Shown: positions 25,354-32,000 of the stretch, in pieces | Layout: each line of letters begins with the position of its first letter | Numbering within the stretch: the first letter of the stretch is position 1 | Origin: Trichlorobacter lovleyi SZ | GTDB taxonomy: Bacteria > Desulfobacterota > Desulfuromonadia > Geobacterales > Pseudopelobacteraceae | DNA length: 32,000 bases | Assembly (NCBI RefSeq): GCF_000020385.1 | Contig: NC_010814.1 | Location: 1,950,001-1,982,000 of the forward strand | Reading direction: 5' to 3' | Program-made: the position numbers and the translations under genes | Notes under the pieces: generated by a model | Seen by the model: only the letters and a program-made list of their open reading frames with translations | Told to the model about the DNA's origin: nothing | The model's database searches: none

Positions 25354-26302
25354 GGCTGTCACCTGCCTTGAAGGAACGGCTTGGCGCGGTTGTCGTTTCT
25401 CCTCCCAGTAACCAGGAGTTGTTCAGGCTGTTCACCAGCCGGTCGGTGCTGAACAAGAGTTCTTCAGTGCGTGACAAGACCCCGGGAATCAGAGGAAATG
25501 CCTGCTGGGACAGCTTCTTTGTCTCTGCAGAGATTGCCGCGATATTGGCCATGGCCGAATCGGTTTTTTCAAGCAACGGGGGCAGTTTTTCAAGTGCGGT
25601 ATTCAGTTTATCCACATCCAGACTGTCAATCTTGCGGGTACTGGCGTCCAGCAGTGTTGTGGTCCGGTTGCTGATCTCCTCAAGGTTGCGGGTGGTGTTT
25701 ACCAGCAGAGTGTCGGCATTGCTGCGGGTTGTCTCAAGATGTCGGGTCAGCAACTCCAGATTGCGGATGGTCTTTTTCAGATCCCCGTTGGGATCATTCA
25801 CGTAGCCGATGATATCCCGCACCTCAATCAGCACCGGCTTCACCTTTTCAGCGATTTCATCTGCCAGTTCATCCAGCCCCTTGGTCTTCAGATAGGTGAT
25901 GGATTCGCCAGGTTTAAGTTCTGGCTTGTCAAGTGAGCCCACGGCAACTTCAACAATGCTGTCACCCACCAGTCCTTCCTTGACCAGTTTGACGGTTGAA
26001 TCGCTGCGAATCCACTTACTGTATTTTTTGGCAATCTCAATTGATATCTCAACCATGGCCTGCTCATTCAAGGCCATATCAGTGATACGTCCTATTCTGA
26101 ATCCGGAGAGCTTGACCGGCATTCCCTTGGTAAATCCGGTGCCGCGGTCAACGGTCACGTTCAGGGTATATTTGGGGCTGAACAGGTCTTTCTGAACCCC
26201 TACCAACAGTACCACCAAAGCCACGCCAGCCAGGGCCAGCAGGGTAAAAAGACCGATTTTACGTTCAAGGTTTTTAAATCTGGGATCCTGTTGCGTGATC
26301 AT
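25346..26302 (-). CDS. MCE/MlaD-family protein with a long C-terminal helical extension
   Basis: N-terminal TM anchor (IGLFTLLALAGVALVVLLVGV) and an MCE domain (YTLNVTVDRGTGFTKGMPVKLSGFRIGRITDMAL..VKLVKEGLVGDSIVEV). This is followed by about 190 aa of predicted coiled/helical sequence. The ATG overlaps the upstream gene's stop (ATGA). Confidence 0.85.
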   Translation of the reverse strand: MITQQDPRFKNLERKIGLFTLLALAGVALVVLLVGVQKDLFSPKYTLNVTVDRGTGFTKGMPVKLSGFRIGRITDMALNEQAMVEISIEIAKKYSKWIRSDSTVKLVKEGLVGDSIVEVAVGSLDKPELKPGESITYLKTKGLDELADEIAEKVKPVLIEVRDIIGYVNDPNGDLKKTIRNLELLTRHLETTRSNADTLLVNTTRNLEEISNRTTTLLDASTRKIDSLDVDKLNTALEKLPPLLEKTDSAMANIAAISAETKKLSQQAFPLIPGVLSRTEELLFSTDRLVNSLNNSWLLGGETTTAPSRSFKAGDSHE

Positions 26303-26970
26303 GTCTGCCTCGTAATCTGTGGCGGATTATATCTCAGGTCACAGGTAATATCCGGTACCAGCAGCGGTAACTGAATATCTCCTGTGGTAATGAAGAGTGC
26401 TGTCGGAGCATCAGTCTGATTTTGTAATGCCATGGCCTGCTGCAGAAGCAGATCCCGCTGCGGGCTTGGGAGGTCGTCAAGGCATTCAGCATACACCATC
26501 AGGCGTGGTGATGACACCGCGGCACGGACAAAAGCGGTTATGATTCGCTCCGTATAGCTGAGATGACCGGGTAACGCCCAGATGTTACCTCTGTAGCCAA
26601 GCTTTTCAAGTAGCAACAGGGCCTGCTCTGCTGCTGTGTCAGATACTGCGCCATGGTGGTACAGCAGGGGCAGGGTGATATTCTCCCAGACCTTCAGGTT
26701 GGAGATCAGGCCTGCCTGTGCTGTGACGGTGCTGATAGTTCTGCGAACTCTGAGCAGTTGCTCGCGATCCAGTTCATGTAGCGGCAGTTCATCCAGCAGC
26801 ACTGAACCGGTTTCAGGTCGTGCTTCTCCGATCACTACCTGAAGCAGCTGTTTGGTCTCCTGCTCCCCTGCTGTCTTGCACAGAATCACCTGTCCCTGCT
26901 GAAGGCTCAGGTTCAGGTGACTGGCTACACCTGGAATGGTAAGATCTCTCAGTTCAAGAAGTACCGGCAT
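26299..26970 (-). CDS. ABC-ATPase-like protein with degenerate nucleotide-binding motifs (probable pseudo-ATPase)
   Basis: 223 aa with MlaF-like overall layout (LELRDLTI.., a Q-loop-like TAQAG, NLKVWENITLPL). However, the Walker A position reads ILCKTAGEQETKQLL with no GK[ST]. The signature reads LSYTE instead of LSGGQ, Walker B reads LMVYAEC instead of hhhhDEP, and the H-loop reads ITTGD. Alignment was done by eye. Confidence 0.72.
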   Translation of the reverse strand: MPVLLELRDLTIPGVASHLNLSLQQGQVILCKTAGEQETKQLLQVVIGEARPETGSVLLDELPLHELDREQLLRVRRTISTVTAQAGLISNLKVWENITLPLLYHHGAVSDTAAEQALLLLEKLGYRGNIWALPGHLSYTERIITAFVRAAVSSPRLMVYAECLDDLPSPQRDLLLQQAMALQNQTDAPTALFITTGDIQLPLLVPDITCDLRYNPPQITRQT

Positions 26971-27110
26971 GACAAAAAACAGGCTCCTGTTTTGCTGCGG
27001 GTTGTTTGCTTGCCATAAATCTGGCTCGATTGACTACATACCACAAACTGCCCCGCTTCACAAAGCGTGAAGATTCGCCCATTTGAGGATATGAAACAAG
27101 AGTAAACGAA

Positions 27111-27140
27111 TTGACAATACCGTGTATCAACGTGTATAAA
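27111..27140 (+). promoter_or_regulatory. Candidate sigma70-type promoter for the iorA operon (TTGACA-18 nt-TATAAA)
   Basis: Consensus -35 TTGACA at 27111-27116 and TATAAA at 27135-27140, in an AT-rich 218-nt divergent intergenic region about 49 nt upstream of the iorA ATG. The direct repeat CGTGTAT (27121-27127, 27131-27137) occupies the spacer and the -10 element. Confidence 0.4.
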
Positions 27141-27188
27141 TTAGCCCTTTAATTCTATTTTATATGTCGTAAAGTGAGATGAACCCCT

Positions 27189-28964
27189 ATGAAAGAAATT
27201 CTATCCGGCAACGAGGCCATTGCACGGGGCGCCTATGAGGCTGGTTGCCTGGTGGCCAGTGCCTATCCCGGTACCCCTTCCACTGAAATCCTTGAAAATG
27301 TAATCAACTACAAAGAGATTAACGCCTCGTGGGCACCCAATGAAAAGGTGGCTCTTGAGGTTGCGATTGGCGCCTCGTTTGGCGGTGCCCGTGCCCTGGC
27401 CTGTATGAAGCACGTCGGGGTCAACGTAGCAGCTGATCCGCTGTTTACCGCCTCTTACACAGGTGTTAAGGGTGGATTGGTGCTGGTGGCTGCCGACGAC
27501 CCGGAGATGCATTCCTCCCAGGATGAGCAGGACAGCCGCAACTATGCCCGTTTTGCCAAGGTGCCGATGCTGGAGCCGGCTGACTCTCAGGAGTGTCTGG
27601 CTTTTACACGTCTGGCTTTTGATCTGTCCGAACAGTTTGATACCCCGGTCATGTTGCGTAGCTGTACCCGTATCTCCCACGGCAAGTCGGTGGTTGAGCT
27701 GGGTGAACGCCGCAATGACCTGCCTGCCCCCAAGCTGGTCAAGGATGCTCCCAAGCTGGTGATGTTGCCGGGTAATGCCCGGGTCCGTCATCCACTGGTT
27801 GAAGAGCGCTCGGTCAAGCTGTCGGAATATGGTGATAAGGCTGCCGTCAACCGGATGGAGATCCGCTCGGCCGAGATCGGGGTGATCTGTGCCGGCGTGA
27901 CCTACCAGTATGTGCGGGAGGCGTTGCCTGATGCCAGCGTACTCAAGCTGGGCATGGTCTGGCCCTTGCCCCACAACCTGATCCGAGAGTTCAGCAGCAA
28001 GGTCAAGCAGCTGTATGTAGTTGAAGAACTTGATCCGTTTATTGAGGATCAGGTCAAGGCTATGGGAATCAGCTGCCAGGGCAAGGGGCTGACTTCGCTT
28101 TGTGGTGAGCTTTCACCGGGCCGGATCCGCGATGTCTTTGCCAAGGCCGGTATCATTCCTGCGGTTGCTGCTGAGGCTGCTGCGGTTGAACCGGTGCCGC
28201 CCCGTCCGCCTAACATGTGTCCCGGCTGCCCGCACCGTGGTCTGTTCTATGAGCTGAACCGGGCCAACGCCTATGTAACCGGTGATATCGGCTGCTACAC
28301 CCTGGGCTTTATGCCGCCGCTGAATGCCATGGACACCTGTGTCTGTATGGGGGCCTCCATCAGTATGGGCTCCGGCATGGTACGGGTACTGCCTCCTGAA
28401 GAACAGAAGCGCGTGGTTGCGGTGATCGGTGATTCCACTTTCCTGCACACCGGTGTCAACTCCCTGATGGAGATGGCCTGGAACAAGGCGCCAGCCACGG
28501 TAATCATCCTGGATAACCGGATTACTGCCATGACCGGACGTCAGGAAAACCCGGCCTCCGGATTTACCCTGTCCGGCGAGCAGGCTGAAGAGGTAAATAT
28601 TCCTGAGCTTTGCAAGGCGCTGGGGATCAAGCATGTGCGTACCGTAGATCCCTATGATCTGGATGCAACCCGTCAGGCAATCCGCGAGGAGATGGAGCGC
28701 CCTGAACCATCGGTGGTCATCACCAATCGCCCCTGTGTGCTGATCAAGGGGGCTGGCCGCTTTGAAAAAGGTACCATCCTTGAAGTTGATCAGGGTAAGT
28801 GTACCGGCTGCAAGGCCTGTCTGCGGATCGGATGCCCGGCCATTGAGTGGAAACCCAGCCCGGACGGCAACAAGGGCAAGGCCTTTATTGACCCGCAGCT
28901 CTGTACCGGTTGTACGGTCTGTCAGCAGCTCTGTAAATTCAATGCCATCGGGGGGAGAAAGTAA
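27189..28964 (+). CDS. iorA: Indolepyruvate:ferredoxin oxidoreductase subunit alpha
   Basis: 591 aa. IorA-type N-terminus (MKEILSGNEAIARGAYEAG..AYPGTPSTEI), TPP-binding region (GDIGCYTLG, IGDSTFLHTG), and a C-terminal 2x[4Fe-4S] ferredoxin motif (CTGCKACLRIGCP, CTGCTVCQQLC). Confidence 0.92.
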   Translation: MKEILSGNEAIARGAYEAGCLVASAYPGTPSTEILENVINYKEINASWAPNEKVALEVAIGASFGGARALACMKHVGVNVAADPLFTASYTGVKGGLVLVAADDPEMHSSQDEQDSRNYARFAKVPMLEPADSQECLAFTRLAFDLSEQFDTPVMLRSCTRISHGKSVVELGERRNDLPAPKLVKDAPKLVMLPGNARVRHPLVEERSVKLSEYGDKAAVNRMEIRSAEIGVICAGVTYQYVREALPDASVLKLGMVWPLPHNLIREFSSKVKQLYVVEELDPFIEDQVKAMGISCQGKGLTSLCGELSPGRIRDVFAKAGIIPAVAAEAAAVEPVPPRPPNMCPGCPHRGLFYELNRANAYVTGDIGCYTLGFMPPLNAMDTCVCMGASISMGSGMVRVLPPEEQKRVVAVIGDSTFLHTGVNSLMEMAWNKAPATVIILDNRITAMTGRQENPASGFTLSGEQAEEVNIPELCKALGIKHVRTVDPYDLDATRQAIREEMERPEPSVVITNRPCVLIKGAGRFEKGTILEVDQGKCTGCKACLRIGCPAIEWKPSPDGNKGKAFIDPQLCTGCTVCQQLCKFNAIGGRK

Positions 28965-29542
28965 TGGATAACGCAATCACCAACATCCTCCTGGTGGGGG
29001 TAGGCGGGCAGGGGATTCTGCTCGCTTCGGAGATTTTGTCAGAGGCGTTCATGCTGGCAGGTTTTGATGTCAAGAAGAGCGAGATTCACGGCATGTCCCA
29101 GCGGGGCGGCAGCGTGGTCTCCCATGTCCGTTTCGGTAAAGAGGTTTTCTCTCCAGTGGTGCCTGAAGGGCAGGGGGATATTCTGTTCGGTTTTGAACTG
29201 CTGGAAACCTATCGCTATCTGTCGCTGCTCAAGCCGGGTGCCACGGTGGTGGCCAATGATTACAAGATAGCCCCTCCTTCAGTACTGCTGGGGCAGGCGG
29301 TTTACCCTCAGGCATTACCTGAAAAAATAAAGGCCAAGTTCCCTGATTTCCTGCTGGTTGATGGCCAGGGGCTGGCGCTGCAGGCCGGTGATGTGCGGGC
29401 TGCCAACACTGTCATGCTGGGTGCGGTTTCCAAACGTCTGCAGATTGCTGAGGAGGTCTGGCAAAAGGCCCTGGAAAAGATGGTGCCAAAAAGGGCGCTG
29501 GAGATCAACCTGAAGGCCTTTGCCATGGGCCGGGAACTCTAG
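28964..29542 (+). CDS. iorB: Indolepyruvate:ferredoxin oxidoreductase subunit beta
   Basis: 192 aa with the gamma-type OFOR domain (ILLVGVGGQGILLASEIL, HGMSQRGGSV). TAATG junction with iorA. Confidence 0.9.
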   Translation: MDNAITNILLVGVGGQGILLASEILSEAFMLAGFDVKKSEIHGMSQRGGSVVSHVRFGKEVFSPVVPEGQGDILFGFELLETYRYLSLLKPGATVVANDYKIAPPSVLLGQAVYPQALPEKIKAKFPDFLLVDGQGLALQAGDVRAANTVMLGAVSKRLQIAEEVWQKALEKMVPKRALEINLKAFAMGREL

Positions 29543-29554
29543 GAGGTCGTACGC

Positions 29555-30862
29555 GTGGCCAACTATTTCAATGAAGAGTTTGAAACCCTGCCCCGTGCAG
29601 CCCTGGAGGCGCTTCAACTGAAACGTCTACAGGCAACGGTTGCTCGGGTATATGCTAACGTGCCGTTTTATAAACAGTCCTTTGATGCTGCCGGTATCAA
29701 GCCTGAAGACATCAGGAGCCTGACTGACCTGCAGCGTCTGCCCTTTACCACCAAGCAGAATATGCGTGACTCTTATCCCTATGGTCTGTTTGCAGCCCCC
29801 ATGGAAGAGATTGTCAGGATTCATGCTTCATCCGGCACCACCGGCAAACCAACGGTGGTGGGCTACACCCAGAAGGATATTGAGACCTGGTCTGAGCTGA
29901 TGGCCCGTTCCTTTATGGCTGCCGGCGCCCACAAGGGGGACATCATCCACAATGCCTATGGGTATGGCCTGTTTACCGGCGGTCTGGGGGCCCACTACGG
30001 TGCTGAAAAACTGGGTGCGTCGGTTATTCCGATCTCCGGCGGCAATACCAAGCGTCAGATCATGATCATGCAGGATTTCGGCTCCACCGTGCTGACCTGT
30101 ACCCCGTCCTATTCGCTCTATCTGGCTGAAGAAGCCGCTGCAGAAGGGGTGGATATCAAATCTTCAAAGTTGCGGGTTGGTATCTTTGGTGCCGAGCCCT
30201 GGTCTGAGGCGATGCGGGGCGAGATTGAGGCCAATCTTGGTCTGGATGCGATTGACATTTACGGCCTGTCAGAGATCATGGGGCCCGGGGTGGCGATTGA
30301 GTGCATCGAAGAGAAGCATGGCCTGCATATCTGGGAAGATCATTTTATCCCTGAGATCATCAACCCTGAGACCGGCCAGCCGGTGGCTGAAGGGGAAAAG
30401 GGTGAGCTGGTCATCACCACCATCACCAAGCAGGGAATTCCGCTGATTCGTTACCGTACCCGCGATATCACCAGCATCAGTTACGCCCCCTGCGCCTGCG
30501 GCCGAACCCATGGCCGGATTGCCCGGATGAGTGGCCGTTCCGATGATATGCTGATCATCCGCGGCGTGAATGTGTTCCCGTCCCAGATCGAGTCTATTCT
30601 GGTAAGGATTGAAGGGGTTGAGCCCCACTATCTGCTGATTGTTGATCGCAAGGATAACCTGGATACCCTTGAGGTACAGGTTGAGGTGGATGAACGGATC
30701 TTCTCTGATGAAATCAAGGTGTTGCAGACCCTTGCCCGGCGGATTGAGAAAGAGATCAAGGATATGCTTGGGGTCACCTGTACCGTCAAGCTGGTGGAGC
30801 CCAAGACTATCCAACGTAGTGAAGGTAAGGCGCAGCGTGTGCGCGATAATCGGAAACTGTAG
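29555..30862 (+). CDS. paaK: Phenylacetate-CoA ligase
   Basis: 435 aa. PaaK-type N-terminus ([25 protein letters not shown]), AMP-binding motif [19 protein letters not shown], and a C-terminal K in the EGKAQRV region. The start codon is GTG 29555. Confidence 0.9.
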   Translation: MANYFNEEFETLPRAALEALQLKRLQATVARVYANVPFYKQSFDAAGIKPEDIRSLTDLQRLPFTTKQNMRDSYPYGLFAAPMEEIVRIHASSGTTGKPTVVGYTQKDIETWSELMARSFMAAGAHKGDIIHNAYGYGLFTGGLGAHYGAEKLGASVIPISGGNTKRQIMIMQDFGSTVLTCTPSYSLYLAEEAAAEGVDIKSSKLRVGIFGAEPWSEAMRGEIEANLGLDAIDIYGLSEIMGPGVAIECIEEKHGLHIWEDHFIPEIINPETGQPVAEGEKGELVITTITKQGIPLIRYRTRDITSISYAPCACGRTHGRIARMSGRSDDMLIIRGVNVFPSQIESILVRIEGVEPHYLLIVDRKDNLDTLEVQVEVDERIFSDEIKVLQTLARRIEKEIKDMLGVTCTVKLVEPKTIQRSEGKAQRVRDNRKL

Positions 30863-30873
30863 GAGGAGAAACC

Positions 30874-31305
30874 ATGAAAGTTGAACAGATCTCCATCTTT
30901 ATAGAAAACAAGTCCGGTCGTTTGGCCGAGATCACCCGTATTTTGGGTGAGGCAGGCATCAACATTCGTGCCCTGTCTCTGGCTGATACCTCTGATTTCG
31001 GGATTCTGCGTCTGATTGTGAATGAGGTTGAAAAGGCCAAGGCGGTGCTGAAGGAAAAAGGGTTTACCGTCTCAAAAACTGAAGTGGTGGCGGTTGAAGT
31101 ACCGGACCAGCCCGGCGGTCTGTCCACCATCCTGCAGGCCCTTGACCGTGATAATACCAATGTAGAGTATATGTATGCCTTTGTGGAGCGTTGTGGCGGC
31201 AATGCGGTAATTATCTTCCGCTTTGACGAGACGGATAAGGCGATTGCCACGCTGACTGCCAATAATTTTAATATCCTTGCAGGTGAGCAACTCTATTCAA
31301 TGTAG
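30874..31305 (+). CDS. Tandem ACT-domain protein
   Basis: 143 aa with two ACT-like halves ([29 protein letters not shown] and [19 protein letters not shown]). GGAGGAG lies upstream of the ATG. This is the usual position downstream of paaK in IOR clusters. Confidence 0.85.
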   Translation: MKVEQISIFIENKSGRLAEITRILGEAGINIRALSLADTSDFGILRLIVNEVEKAKAVLKEKGFTVSKTEVVAVEVPDQPGGLSTILQALDRDNTNVEYMYAFVERCGGNAVIIFRFDETDKAIATLTANNFNILAGEQLYSM

Positions 31306-31322
31306 TTTAACAGGGGGAGAGT

Positions 31323-32000
31323 ATGAAAAAGCTGGTGATGGTCTGTAGTCTGGCAGCAATGCTGCTCTGCAGCGCAACAATGGCCCTGGCAGCCGGTACA
31401 ATCAAGATCGGTGGTCTGTTCAGCGTGACCGGTCCGGCATCATTTCTGGGTGAGCCGGAAAAGAAAACCCTTGAAATGCTGGTGGCGGATCTGAACGCCA
31501 AGGGTGGCATCAATGGCCAGAAGCTTGAGGCAGTGATCTATGACACCGCCGGTGACGCCACCAAGGCGGTACAACTGGCCACCAAGCTGATCAAGAATGA
31601 CAAGGTGGTTGCCATTATCGGACCCAGCACCACCGGTGAATCGATGGCTGTGCTGGCCCTGACCGAGAAAGAGAAGATTCCTCTGATTTCCTGCGCAGCC
31701 GGCATCAAGATCACCGAGCCTGCCAAGGATCGTAAGTTCACTTTCAAGACCCCGGCCAATGACCATGTGGCCGTGGAAAAAATCCTGCAGTATGCTGCCA
31801 GGGTCAAGCAGAAGAACCTGGCTATTCTCACGGTTACAGACGGGTTCGGTGCATCAGGCCGTGAACAGCTGAAGGTCTCTGCTGCTCAAAAGGGTTTCAA
31901 GGTTGTTGCTGATGAAACCTATGGCCCCAAAGACACCGACATGACCCCGCAGCTGACCAAGATCCGTTCCAGCAAGGCTGATGCCATCATCTGCTGGGGC
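31323..32000 (+). CDS. Branched-chain/aromatic amino-acid ABC transporter substrate-binding protein (Liv-type), 5' part; continues past window end
   Basis: ATG 31323 follows GGGGGAGAG. It has a signal peptide (MKKLVMVCSLAAMLLCSATMALA) and type-I periplasmic binding motifs (IKIGGLFSVTGPASFLGEPE, GGINGQKLE..YDTAGD, VVAIIGPSTTGES). The frame is open to position 32000. Confidence 0.85.
   Translation, partial: MKKLVMVCSLAAMLLCSATMALAAGTIKIGGLFSVTGPASFLGEPEKKTLEMLVADLNAKGGINGQKLEAVIYDTAGDATKAVQLATKLIKNDKVVAIIGPSTTGESMAVLALTEKEKIPLISCAAGIKITEPAKDRKFTFKTPANDHVAVEKILQYAARVKQKNLAILTVTDGFGASGREQLKVSAAQKGFKVVADETYGPKDTDMTPQLTKIRSSKADAIICWG

Noticed and set aside
27201-28976. Two long minus-strand ORFs (27201-27974 and 28113-28976) opposite iorA
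   Set aside because: They lie antisense to a gene with TPP and ferredoxin motifs. Their translations are Gly/His/Arg/Leu-rich and lack recognisable motifs, consistent with a GC-driven absence of stop codons.
1-32000. Scan for CRISPR arrays, IS elements or inverted terminal repeats, integrases, tRNA/rRNA genes, and toxin-antitoxin or defence-system gene sets
   Set aside because: None was recognisable. All sizeable ORFs are accounted for by housekeeping, signalling or transport families. Intergenic regions are at most 218 nt and contain no spaced direct-repeat arrays. This was checked by eye only, so short ncRNAs cannot be excluded.

Overview
This is a gene-dense bacterial chromosomal segment with about 33 CDS, short intergenic gaps and many overlapping stop/start junctions. 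GC content is moderately high. The gene content resembles a Geobacter/Desulfuromonadales-type deltaproteobacterium: many Cache/PAS/GAF/GGDEF/HD-GYP/HDOD signalling proteins, an IorAB-PaaK-ACT cluster, queDE and IHF. That taxonomic placement is inference only. By eye I found no rRNA, tRNA, CRISPR array, transposase, integrase or long repeat, so the window looks like core genome rather than a mobile island. In order, the genes are: a membrane-protein fragment, a Cache-HAMP-PAS histidine kinase, a long UbiD-family decarboxylase, CheW convergent with a soluble PAS-MCP, znuABC, a stand-alone HD-GYP, rmlC plus an MFS transporter, an M16 peptidase, a Cache hybrid kinase, dut, an M29 aminopeptidase with tsaC, a GAF-GGDEF, then a tightly coupled queD-queE-creatininase-orphan-rlmD string. 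These are followed by ihfB with a ppx/gppA-family gene, an EAL-HDOD protein, a three-gene MCE operon, and iorA-iorB-paaK-ACT followed by a Liv-type binding protein that is cut by the window edge. Three items deserve a second look. (1) The MCE/MlaD operon at 24550-26970 has an ABC-ATPase-like first gene that appears to have lost Walker A, the LSGGQ signature, the Walker B Asp and the H-loop. It has no permease gene and ends in a TPR lipoprotein, so it is a candidate uncharacterised envelope system. (2) The GAF-GGDEF protein carries Ser instead of Asp at the base-specificity position (GHLVGS), which is the Hypr-GGDEF signature for 3',3'-cGAMP synthesis, and it has a GGDEY active-site motif. (3) A creatininase-fold hydrolase and a 130-aa orphan are translationally coupled to queD-queE. 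All motif alignments were made by eye and no database searches were run.
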